Source: Polyangiaceae bacterium
Lineage (GTDB): Bacteria; Myxococcota_A; Polyangia; Polyangiales; Polyangiaceae
Direction: 5' to 3'
NCBI GenBank assembly: GCA_050287085.1
Contig: JBNKBE010000027.1
Location: forward strand, 1-64,000
Length of the DNA: 64,000 nt
In this document: positions 20,679 through 29,439 of the stretch, piece after piece
Layout: the number at the start of each line of letters is the position of its first letter
How positions within the stretch are numbered: the stretch's first letter is position 1
Position numbers and translations under genes: made by a program
Notes under the pieces: model-generated
Databases searched by the model: none
Told to the model about the DNA's origin: nothing
Seen by the model: only the letters and a program-made list of their open reading frames with translations

Positions 20679-20803
20679 GCTTGTTTGTAGCCAAGTTTTG
20701 CGCCGCGTTGCTCGCGGCGCTGGCCGCTTTGTGCGCGGCCAGCGGAGCAGTGCCGTGACGCGTACCTTCGAGCGGGCGGGCCCGTCCCTTTGACGCGGAG
20801 TTC

Positions 20804-20832
20804 TTGAATGTGGGGGCCTCATGCTTTATACC
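20804..20832 (+). promoter_or_regulatory. Putative sigma70-type promoter
   Basis: TTGAAT-N17-TATACC upstream of the small basic ORF. Confidence 0.4.
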
Positions 20833-20996
20833 GCGCAACCCTGGACTGGACCTGCACGGGCCTCCGGGGCTAGGCGTTGGCGCAAGGCCGCCGCCGAGCC
20901 GGAAAATCAGACGACACAACCCGTGATACGGGACCGCGAGTGGGCGCCGCGCTGTGGCATGGCCAGTTGCGATTCACGATAGAAGGAAGCTGAAAA

Positions 20997-21119
20997 ATGG
21001 GTCGATTCGATCGCCGACACTCCAACAAGATGCGACGCCGCAAGAGCCAAAAGCAGAAGAAGGCTCGCGAGGCATTAGAGGCCGAGCGCGTACGCGCCGA
21101 GCGCGGCAAGAAGAAGTAG
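20997..21119 (+). CDS. Small highly basic protein (40 aa), below the ORF track cutoff
   Basis: MGRFDRRHSNKMRRRKSQKQKKAREALEAERVRAERGKKK*, with SD-like AGAAGGAAG upstream. Confidence 0.7.
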   Translation: MGRFDRRHSNKMRRRKSQKQKKAREALEAERVRAERGKKK

Positions 21120-21248
21120 TGACTCTGGGGCGGCGGCGGGGGCCTCAGGCTGTTGTCGCCCGATGCTTGTTGTCGCCGTATAGGGTCGGTCTTCCGCCAG
21201 CATCGCTGGCCGTCCGGGTTTGGGGGCCGTGCAGCTACAGCAGCAGTG

Positions 21249-21710
21249 TTATTGCTGCGCTAGTAGTGACAGACGCTGCTGAAGCTCCCGCAGGCCCCCG
21301 TGGCTTGGCACGATATTGAGCGGCGCAAAGCGTTCCACCAGGAACTTGGAGCGGGCCGTCTCGACATCGGCAAATAGCAGCGCCGGCAGCGTACATCCGG
21401 CTCGCCGCAGCTCTGCGAGGATTGCGATGCCCTGGTTCGAGATGAGCTGACGGCGTTCGGCCTCGCTCAGAGGGCCGACGTTGCGCCCATCACCGTCTAC
21501 CAATTCCGACTCGGGGGTGCGGCGGAAGTCCAAGTCGAGTAGCACGGCCAGGGCCGGGGGTTGTTTGCGGGCGAGCGCGAGCAGTTGCACTGCATTGCGC
21601 GCCTGTTCGAAGACGTAGTGGGTGCTCAGGAAACGCGAAAAGCGGAGCAGGTACTCGTCCCCGTCTTCGCATACCAGCAGCCGACGGCGCGGCGTCGCCC
21701 GGCTCGTCAT
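21249..21710 (-). CDS. Atypical stand-alone receiver (REC) protein
   Basis: LLVCEDGDE and VLLDLDF followed by a long insert, with no conserved KP. ATGA overlap with the kinase gene. Confidence 0.7.
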   Translation of the reverse strand: MTSRATPRRRLLVCEDGDEYLLRFSRFLSTHYVFEQARNAVQLLALARKQPPALAVLLDLDFRRTPESELVDGDGRNVGPLSEAERRQLISNQGIAILAELRRAGCTLPALLFADVETARSKFLVERFAPLNIVPSHGGLRELQQRLSLLAQQ

Positions 21711-24700
21711 TGGGTGAACTGCACGCCGACCGTCTTTCGGTAAGGGGCGCCCTCGTTGTCGACGAGCAATGAGCCGTTCCAGGCGCGTGTTGTCTCACGC
21801 ACGATGCCTAGCCCGCGGCCCGTGTCCTGGTTTTCCACGGTTTCGCGGCTGAAGGGCAACGATGCGTTGTCGGCGATCTGCAATCGCACGAGCGCTTGTC
21901 CCGTGAAGTCGGTCACCCGCGCGACACTGACTTGGATCCGGGGTTCGTTGCACTCCCGCACCGCAGCTTGTGCGTTGCGCAGCAAGTTCGCAAAAATGTG
22001 GAACAACGCGGTGCGATCGACAGGAAATCGAACGGTGGGCTCCGTCATTTGCAGCGCCGGCTCAGTCCACTTCTTGCCGCTGGCTGCGCTCTCGGCGTGC
22101 ACCGAGGCAATCCAGCGTTGGAGCTCCGCTGCGTCCAGCTGCGAGCGGGGGCCCCGTTCCAGAAGCTGCTTCATGGCTGCCATATGACGGCTGCGCAGCC
22201 GTGCGTCCACTTTCAGCAAAACACCACGCGAGCCGGGTACTAATACTGCTTTCTCAGCTCTCTTCAAATCGCGGACGAGGGGGCCGAACACGGGTTCGCG
22301 CTCGAGCCTGCGCAGCGTGATGCTGTGGGCCCGGGCGAGCGACACCAGACGCTGGTAGCCGTCTCTGACCAGCTCGGAAGCCGGTACGGGTTGTAGCAGC
22401 GTGTCGCGGAGCTGCTCGGGTGTGACGTCGTCGTCTCCTAGCAGTTCTAGCGCGCTGGTGCGGTGCTTGAAAACGTCGTGCCTCAGTTCAGCAATGATAC
22501 GAGCTACTGCGGGAAAGAGCCGCGGGCGACGCTGCAGGGCGCGCGAGACCGAAGAGCCGCGAAAAAAGAACAGGTATGCCGTCAGCAGCAGAAGCCCAGC
22601 TCCGCCCAGGGTCAGTTGCCGCCATCGCGCGGCACGCAGCCGCTTTCCTGCCGCATGTCGCGATGCTTCGTGGCGCAGGGTCTGGGCTAGCGCTTTCGCC
22701 GCTGGTACGAAGCGATCGCCTGCGGGGGCCGCTTCGATGTAAGCGGCAATATGAGCGCTTGCGACTTGGGGCGCGCCTTTCAGCGCAGCGCGCTGCGCCA
22801 GCGCCCAATGCGCGGCGGGTTCCACCAGAGCGAGGTGCTCCAGACTGAGCGCGAGTGGATGTTCGAGGGTCGGCTCTGCCCGGGCAAGCAGCCGCGCGGC
22901 GCGTTGCTCAATGGTACGCCGCACTTCGCTTGGCGGGGAGGGAGGGAACTCGGCGGTACTCAGCCCCAGCCGATAGCAGTCCAGGGCGGCCATCAGATCG
23001 TTTGTGTGCTCGTCTACCCGGCCGATGGCGAGCAGCTGCGCGTGGGGCATGTCTGCACGGCAGGGCGCGCCGAGGGTTTTCAGGGCAGCGTCTGCGTCTC
23101 CGGTGAGCAGTTGCAGGCGCGCCGATAGCAGCAACGCGGGCGAGCCGTTCGGGCGTACCTCACTCAGCTCCCGGCGCAGAGCCTGAGCGGCTTCGACTTC
23201 TTCGCGGCTTGAGGTTAACGCCATGTAGTCGGAGAGCGCTGCCTCGGCGCCTGCGGCGTTTCCCTCGGCCTTGAGCAGCAGGGCGCGAGTCAAGCGCGCC
23301 TCGACATGCCCGAGCTCGATGGCGCGGTCGAGCCAGGGGTTGGTCACCGCCTGCGCGGCGTCGGGCACCAGGCGCGTAACCGCTCGGTGAAGCGCAAAGA
23401 GCCCGCCCGCGTCGTTCCAAAGCGCTTGCCGCGTGGGCTGTGGTAATTCGCGTGTGACGGTGAACAACAACGCTGCCGCGTCGACATAATCAGGGGATTG
23501 CGCGAGCGCTTGATCGAGCAAGCGGCGCGCTTCGTCTGGACCCGGTGGCTGCGCTTCCAGGAAGATTTCAGCTTCTTCATATAAGGCCACCGCTTCGTCG
23601 GTGGGTCTTGCTGCGGTGGCGGAGCGCATCGCCATAGAGCTAGCAGGTGTGCCGCGACGCGAGGCTAGCCGCTGGCGGAGCTCCGCCAGCTCCGTCCACT
23701 CGGGCTCTAGCATCCAAGCTATTCTTAGCTCCTCATCGGCTCGCTCGAGTTCGAGCAACCCCCCATGCTCAGCCAGCAACGTACCCAGGAGCCGATGATA
23801 ACGTGCGTCAGACGGCGCCAGCCGCGTGAGCACAGCAAGCTCTTTGACCACTTCGTCGTAGTGTCCCCGCTCCGTAAGCCACTGCGCCCGAAGCCAGCGC
23901 GGCGCTCGCCAGGCCGGGTATCGGCGAATCCAGGTGGCTAGTTGGAGAAGCGCTTCAGGCGTAGCGTTGGGACCCTTGGCTTCGAGCTGCGCCAGGTGAG
24001 CGCGCTCTGTGTTGGGTACATCCGGTTCGGGCCAGTCGCGAAGGGCTCGAGCCGCGCGCTCCCCCTCTAGGCGACGCTCCAACTCGTGCACCTGGGCCAC
24101 TAGCGGCGGCGACAAGGTCTGATCCCGAAGCGCCTCCAGGTGAGAGCTTGCGCGCTCCAAGTGCCCGAAGCTTAGCTCGGCTCGGATGCGCGCAAGCTCA
24201 ATTCGCGCTCGCGTCGAGCTTCGCTTGTTCTCGGCAACACCCTGCTCCAAGATGGACAGCAGCTCACGCCGCTTCTCCCAGCGACTGGCTTGCCGCGTGA
24301 CGCTCTGCTCGAGGTGCTCGTAGGCGTGGTAGCGATGCGGATCGAGCTTGATGGCTCTTCGGAACTCGATCTCAGCGTTGTGAAGCGCGCCTTGCTTCAG
24401 ATAGGCGTAGCCGAGATCGGTCGCGTATAGCGCGCTGCTATCGTCTAGCCGAACCGCTTCCTCGAGCGCTTTTATGGCGGTCGTAAGTCGGCCTCGGCGC
24501 AAGAGCTTAACTCCCCGTTCGTGGTAGCTTTCGGCGCTGGGTGACTCAAGTTCTGTCGCGAGTTGCGACCCCGAGGTGGCAAGGGGCGGCGGCTTCGACG
24601 GCGCGTCGGCCGCGGGCGGCCACGGACCGGGAGACGGAGGTGGACCTGGTGCTCCAGACTGCGCTTGGGCCGCTGCCATGGGCGCTGCCGCGCCGCTTGC

Positions 24701-24742
24701 GGTGAGCAGCGCTGCGCCGACGATGCGGGACAGGCGGCTCAC
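21707..24742 (-). CDS. TPR-rich membrane sensor histidine kinase (atypical H-box)
   Basis: Signal peptide, many TPRs, a TM segment (LTLGGAGLLLLTAYLFFF), ELRHDVFKH, N-box FANLLRNA, IADN and GRGLGIV. Confidence 0.8.
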   Translation of the reverse strand: MSRLSRIVGAALLTASGAAAPMAAAQAQSGAPGPPPSPGPWPPAADAPSKPPPLATSGSQLATELESPSAESYHERGVKLLRRGRLTTAIKALEEAVRLDDSSALYATDLGYAYLKQGALHNAEIEFRRAIKLDPHRYHAYEHLEQSVTRQASRWEKRRELLSILEQGVAENKRSSTRARIELARIRAELSFGHLERASSHLEALRDQTLSPPLVAQVHELERRLEGERAARALRDWPEPDVPNTERAHLAQLEAKGPNATPEALLQLATWIRRYPAWRAPRWLRAQWLTERGHYDEVVKELAVLTRLAPSDARYHRLLGTLLAEHGGLLELERADEELRIAWMLEPEWTELAELRQRLASRRGTPASSMAMRSATAARPTDEAVALYEEAEIFLEAQPPGPDEARRLLDQALAQSPDYVDAAALLFTVTRELPQPTRQALWNDAGGLFALHRAVTRLVPDAAQAVTNPWLDRAIELGHVEARLTRALLLKAEGNAAGAEAALSDYMALTSSREEVEAAQALRRELSEVRPNGSPALLLSARLQLLTGDADAALKTLGAPCRADMPHAQLLAIGRVDEHTNDLMAALDCYRLGLSTAEFPPSPPSEVRRTIEQRAARLLARAEPTLEHPLALSLEHLALVEPAAHWALAQRAALKGAPQVASAHIAAYIEAAPAGDRFVPAAKALAQTLRHEASRHAAGKRLRAARWRQLTLGGAGLLLLTAYLFFFRGSSVSRALQRRPRLFPAVARIIAELRHDVFKHRTSALELLGDDDVTPEQLRDTLLQPVPASELVRDGYQRLVSLARAHSITLRRLEREPVFGPLVRDLKRAEKAVLVPGSRGVLLKVDARLRSRHMAAMKQLLERGPRSQLDAAELQRWIASVHAESAASGKKWTEPALQMTEPTVRFPVDRTALFHIFANLLRNAQAAVRECNEPRIQVSVARVTDFTGQALVRLQIADNASLPFSRETVENQDTGRGLGIVRETTRAWNGSLLVDNEGAPYRKTVGVQFTQ

Positions 24743-26532
24743 GGAAGCTCCTTTTCGCTTGTTGCAAGGGTTTCCAGCAGCTCGCGACGCATGGCTTTCA
24801 CGCTGAGATTGAGCTGATTGAGGCGCAGATGAACCTGGCGCGCCGTGCCCTCAGGGCCGAGCAAGCGCTTGGCTATTAGGTCGAGATCGCCCCCATCCTG
24901 TCTGAACAGCTGCTCGAGATATTGCCGCTCCACGTGACTGGCGGTGGCCGCGAACCCAAGCCCTTTCGGTAGCTCGACATAGACGCCCCTGTCTACAAGC
25001 GGCGGGCGCGTCGTCGTTTGCGGTGAGCGGAGCGCTTGTGCAGGCAGAGCCCCGGAATTCGAGTAATCGGGACCTAATAGACGATCGACCAGCTCGTCTG
25101 TGAGGGCCAGGACAGCGGGGGCGCGCGGTCGTTCGCCCTTGGCGACGCTCGCCAGGCCCTCCTCCTCGAGCGATTGGCAGAGTGCAAACACCAGCATGTT
25201 GTTCATGAAGAGGCGGAGTTCCCGGTGGTTACCAGGCCACGGGTGTTCGACCAAACGCCGCAGCGTGGCAGGCGCCATGAAGACGGTAAACGCGCCGGGA
25301 CGTGCAAGCTTGGCGTTGGGTCGACGGAAGAGGACGTCGTTGCGGCTGGGATCAAAGGGTCTGAGGGTCGGGTGCTTAACTAAGAATGCGTGCACCAGCG
25401 AGGCCATCGCCGGGGAAGCGAGCGCCTCCAAGAGACTGAAACGCACCATATCGCGAACGTCCTGCGAGCGCTCGCGCAAGGGGGGCAGGCGTACGCGTGT
25501 TGCCGGGTTGAGCCGCATATAGAGATCGCGACGAAAGCGCCCTTTGGCCACCAATTGCCCCAGATCTTGATTCGTTGCAGCGATCAATTTGACCACCGCC
25601 GGGCGCGCAACCTGATCTCCGAGACGCGTTACCTCGTTGCGCTCCAATACTAGGAGTAGTTGACGCTGTACGTCGAGATCCAGGTTTGCGATCTCGTCCA
25701 GGAATAAGGTTCCGGAGTGGGCTTGTTCGAATACGCCGCGATGGTCTGCGGTGGCCCCCGTGTAGGCACCTTTCTTTGCCCCAAAGAGGTGAGCCGGCAG
25801 CAGCGCTGCAGGGATCGTCGACAGATCTGTGATCACCAACGCCCCTTTGACGCCGGAGCGGGGATGGATGAAGTGTTCGGCTAGGTAGCTCTTTCCTGTG
25901 CCCGTTTCCCCTTCGATCAGCGTGGGAAGGGGCGAACGCGCCAATACGCTGAGCGAGCGACGCACGGCGGCCATCGGCTCGCTCTTGCCCCAGAACACCA
26001 CACCCTCTTCGCTTTCGTGGGAGAGTTGCAGGGCGCGGCGGATTTCGGCGACCAGGCTGCGGCTGTCAACGACTTCGTTTTGACACAAGTAAAGCAGTGG
26101 ATCGCTCGGACGCTTGTCTCCCAGCTCTACGTCCGTGGTCGTCAGCATCACAATGGGCAGACGCGGGTAGTCGCGTCGCAGCCGCTCCCAGATGAATAGT
26201 CCTTGTTGGCGACGCAGTGTTGAGAGCTGTGCCTTGCGCGCCTTGGGCTCGCTTGGGATAGCGCTCTTATCCTCTGGCAGTAAGCGCTCTTCGGGCCGCG
26301 CGAAGTGCAGATCCAGCACGACCAAGTCCGGGAGCCGCTCCATGTTGCGAAGCGCCTCCTCCGCCTCGAAGTAGTCGTGGGCGCACTTCAGCGGGCAGCC
26401 CTGATCGCGCCGCTCGCAGACGCTGCAAGGGATCGGACGTCCGCAGCGCGTGACATACTCGAATTCCTGGAGGTGGCGGTGACAGAGCTCGATCGTCTGG
26501 TCTCGGTCATCAATGATCAGTAGTCGCGGCAA
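24739..26532 (-). CDS. Sigma54-dependent activator with atypical Cys-rich REC domain
   Basis: GETGTGKS, GAYTGA, LFLDEI, FRRDLYMRL and WPGNHREL. The N-terminus has LLIIDD, then a C/H-rich insert, then VVLD. Confidence 0.9.
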   Translation of the reverse strand: MPRLLIIDDRDQTIELCHRHLQEFEYVTRCGRPIPCSVCERRDQGCPLKCAHDYFEAEEALRNMERLPDLVVLDLHFARPEERLLPEDKSAIPSEPKARKAQLSTLRRQQGLFIWERLRRDYPRLPIVMLTTTDVELGDKRPSDPLLYLCQNEVVDSRSLVAEIRRALQLSHESEEGVVFWGKSEPMAAVRRSLSVLARSPLPTLIEGETGTGKSYLAEHFIHPRSGVKGALVITDLSTIPAALLPAHLFGAKKGAYTGATADHRGVFEQAHSGTLFLDEIANLDLDVQRQLLLVLERNEVTRLGDQVARPAVVKLIAATNQDLGQLVAKGRFRRDLYMRLNPATRVRLPPLRERSQDVRDMVRFSLLEALASPAMASLVHAFLVKHPTLRPFDPSRNDVLFRRPNAKLARPGAFTVFMAPATLRRLVEHPWPGNHRELRLFMNNMLVFALCQSLEEEGLASVAKGERPRAPAVLALTDELVDRLLGPDYSNSGALPAQALRSPQTTTRPPLVDRGVYVELPKGLGFAATASHVERQYLEQLFRQDGGDLDLIAKRLLGPEGTARQVHLRLNQLNLSVKAMRRELLETLATSEKELP

Positions 26533-26559
26533 TCGGAGTCCTTCCTGGTCGCCTCGTCA

Positions 26560-26575
26560 TTCAAGTTTGGTGCCA
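26560..26575 (-). promoter_or_regulatory. Putative sigma54 promoter upstream of the activator
   Basis: TGGCACCAAACTTGAA on the minus strand. Spacing is correct for -24/-12 but GA replaces GC. An SD (AGGAAGGA) and a TTG start follow. Confidence 0.5.
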
Positions 26576-26597
26576 ATATCAGTCAACCCCGTCCGGC

Positions 26598-26924
26598 TCA
26601 TGTGGCTTCGCTTCGAAGCTTGGCGAAAGCCTGCTCCAAGGTTAGTACCCCCGCTAGGTCATCGCTTTCAGCTGCGGCCAACGCAGCGCGAACGGCACAA
26701 TCGACGGCGTGCAAGTCCAGGCCTTCCGGCGCTTCCTCACGCAGCTGTTCCCACAGTTGCAAGGGTGCAATGGGCTGACCTTCCTCGTCGATGCACTGCG
26801 CTCGGAGCTCTCCGGCGACGGGCTTTCGACCCAACTCCCGGCAGTCTCGCGCCGACCAAAGCATACGCTTGATGAGGTCGTGGCCGACTCTATCCAGCCA
26901 ATCGCGCACCTGCTGTCGGACCAT
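26598..26924 (-). CDS. Hypothetical helical protein with HDLxK motif (108 aa)
   Basis: WLDRVGHDLIKR; same strand as, and directly upstream of, the signalling operon. Confidence 0.7.
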   Translation of the reverse strand: MVRQQVRDWLDRVGHDLIKRMLWSARDCRELGRKPVAGELRAQCIDEEGQPIAPLQLWEQLREEAPEGLDLHAVDCAVRAALAAAESDDLAGVLTLEQAFAKLRSEAT

Positions 26925-27084
26925 GAGATCTGCCTACCATAGCTTTTATCTACGCTTTGGCTAGCAGCCATGGGCTCTTGGTCCACATCAGGACGTGAGC
27001 TCGACATGATATGAAAGATAGAGAAACTATGTGAATTATGTAGTTATGTTGTCATTGGTGCAATGATTACGCGTGGTTATGTCG

Positions 27085-27100
27085 TGGCATGGATGCTGCT
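27085..27100 (+). promoter_or_regulatory. Putative sigma54 promoter for the VIT-vWA operon
   Basis: TGGCATGGATGCTGCT has GG-N10-GC spacing, with AT-rich sequence upstream. Confidence 0.65.
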
Positions 27101-27114
27101 GTGGGCAGGGCATC

Positions 27115-29439
27115 ATGACTTCAGTCTCAATTCTTTGCGGCGCCTTGCGCTGGACGCTCTTGCTCCTGATGTGTGTTGTCGCGCGCCCCGCCTGGGCGCA
27201 GATGACGCTCAGCCCGCGGTGGACCGATGCCACTCCCACGCGGGACAACCCACTACCTCTCGAACATGAGCGGCTGACCGTCACCATCGACGAGCAGCAT
27301 GCAACCTCAGTCTTTGCTCAGCGGTATGTCAATCGCAGCGCGGCCGCCCTGGAGGCGGTCTGTACGTTGCGCGCGGGCGAGGGGGCGCGGGTTCAGGCCT
27401 TTGCCTATTGGAATGGAGAGGAGAAGATCGTCGGCGAAGTGTTTGAGAAGGAGGCGGCGGCCCGCGTCTATCAGGAGACGAGCGGGCGCGGTCGGGATCC
27501 TGGGCTCGTGGAGCAAACGGGCGAGGGTGCGTTCTCTTTTCGCGTCTTTCCAATTGCCCCGGCGGAGCAGAAGCGGCTGGAGATCACCGTCGCCCAACGC
27601 TTGCCGCGAGTGGGAAGGCGAGTTCAATACCGCGCCCCTCTGGCCAGCTCTGCCGCGCAGGTGGGGCTTACACTTCGAGACTCTCGTCCGCTGCGGAACA
27701 TTGCTTCTAGCACCCACGAGCTCGAGCTCGAAACGCGTGGGCGAAGCATGCATATCATCGCCAAACCCAAGTCGGCGCGGGCAACTGAGTTCGTGCTCGA
27801 CTACGAGATCGCAGAGGCGCCGTACTCCCTTGCCGTAGCCACTCATCAAGATGCGGGACAGCCCGCCTACCTGACGATCACCTTGGGCACGGAGCAAGAG
27901 CAAGTGCAGACCCCGAAGGACGTTACGATCGTGTTGGACCATTCGGGCAGCATGAGCGGCACGCCCCTGACGGAGGCACGAGCGGCGGCCAAGGAGGTCA
28001 TCTCGCGCCTCACCAAGAAAGACCATGTCAACGTGATCGCTTTTGACGACTCGATGGACACGCTTTACGACGCCATGCGCCCGGCCACAGCGGACGGCAA
28101 AGCTGAAGCAAGTAGGTTCTTGGATGCTGTATCGGACGGCGGAGGTACTGACATCGCTGGCGCCCTGCGTCGCGCCTTGGCCGTCCAGAGGCCAGGTGCG
28201 GACCGCCCGCTGGTGCTGCTGCTCACCGATGGCGAGTCGGATCCGAAAGCTGCTTTCGACGTGGTGAAGGAGGATAGGTCGAATGCTCGGCTCTTCACCG
28301 TGGGCATCGGACAGGGCGTCAATCGACCACTACTTGCGCGCCTCGCGGACATGAAGCGCGGCCGCTTCACCTACATTCAGAGCGCTGAAGCGATTCGTTC
28401 GTCGGTCACGCGTCTATTCTCCATGGTCGAGTCCGCGGCGGTGCGAGGGCCCGAGCTGCATCTCGAAGGCGGTACGTTGCTACAAATGCAACCCAGCACC
28501 CTCCCTGATTTGGCGCCGGGCGAAGAGCTTGTGGTCACTGCGCGCGCGCTCGGAAGCGGCCCCGCCACGCTCACGTTCACGGGTCAAGGCAAGGCGGGAC
28601 TCATCAAGACTTCGGCGAGGGTGCAGCTCGGTCGAACCGCCTCCCGCCCATGGGTGGGACGGTTGTGGGCCAACAGCCGCGCTGACCATGTGCTCGAAGA
28701 CATCAGCCTGGAAGGCGAGACTGACGAGCGCAAGACCGAGGTTGTGGAGCTTGCCATCGCTTACGGTTTCGTCACGCCCTATACGTCCTTTCTGGCGATC
28801 CCCGAAGCTGAATTGACGGGCACTACGTCGGAGCTCATGCAAGACATGCGGGAGCGCAAGCGAGCCATCCTGGCCAAGCGCAAAGACGCGGTCGCGCTAT
28901 CGCGCTCGAATATGCCGCCCGGAGATCCAGTGCTTAGCGTGAAAGCACCCGCAGACGCACAACGGGTCACGGCCTATTTCCCTTTTGGCCTGGTCAAAGA
29001 GCTTACCTACGATGCCGAGCAAGAGCGGTGGCGCGTGCGCTTCTTGGTGCCGAAGTCGGTGGCGGACGGGCAATACGAAGTGCCGGTGGTCGTGGTCACC
29101 AAAGACGGCAGCGTGCAAGTGATGAAGGCACGTTATGTGATCGACAGCGAGGAGCCCGATTTCGATTCAGGCGCAACGTGTTCCGCTGGAGGAATGCGCG
29201 TGGAGGTCACAAGTTTGCAGCCGATACGCGAAGTGTGGGCGGCGCTCGTCGACGCGCCGGGAAAGCGAGTGCGCCTGGCTCTCGCCTCGACGTCAAGTGA
29301 TAGCCTTTCACGCGGGCTTGGAAAGCGCTATCTCGGCACCTTGAAGCTACCTACGCCGGATGCGCGCGTGAGGATTGTGGTGACCGACGATGCGCGCAAC
29401 GAGTCCGACGCGGTCCTCAGCTGTCGGGAGAGCGAATGA
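27115..29439 (+). CDS. Secreted VIT plus vWA domain protein
   Basis: Signal peptide ending AWA, a VIT-like region (GEVFEKEAAARVY, DPGLVE, FPIAP) and an intact MIDAS (DHSGS, GGTD, LTDG). Confidence 0.9.
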   Translation: MTSVSILCGALRWTLLLLMCVVARPAWAQMTLSPRWTDATPTRDNPLPLEHERLTVTIDEQHATSVFAQRYVNRSAAALEAVCTLRAGEGARVQAFAYWNGEEKIVGEVFEKEAAARVYQETSGRGRDPGLVEQTGEGAFSFRVFPIAPAEQKRLEITVAQRLPRVGRRVQYRAPLASSAAQVGLTLRDSRPLRNIASSTHELELETRGRSMHIIAKPKSARATEFVLDYEIAEAPYSLAVATHQDAGQPAYLTITLGTEQEQVQTPKDVTIVLDHSGSMSGTPLTEARAAAKEVISRLTKKDHVNVIAFDDSMDTLYDAMRPATADGKAEASRFLDAVSDGGGTDIAGALRRALAVQRPGADRPLVLLLTDGESDPKAAFDVVKEDRSNARLFTVGIGQGVNRPLLARLADMKRGRFTYIQSAEAIRSSVTRLFSMVESAAVRGPELHLEGGTLLQMQPSTLPDLAPGEELVVTARALGSGPATLTFTGQGKAGLIKTSARVQLGRTASRPWVGRLWANSRADHVLEDISLEGETDERKTEVVELAIAYGFVTPYTSFLAIPEAELTGTTSELMQDMRERKRAILAKRKDAVALSRSNMPPGDPVLSVKAPADAQRVTAYFPFGLVKELTYDAEQERWRVRFLVPKSVADGQYEVPVVVVTKDGSVQVMKARYVIDSEEPDFDSGATCSAGGMRVEVTSLQPIREVWAALVDAPGKRVRLALASTSSDSLSRGLGKRYLGTLKLPTPDARVRIVVTDDARNESDAVLSCRESE

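Noticed and set aside
20955..20970. Sigma54 promoter TGGCATGGCCAGTTGC
   Set aside because: GG-to-GC spacing is one base too long for the strict -24/-12 geometry.
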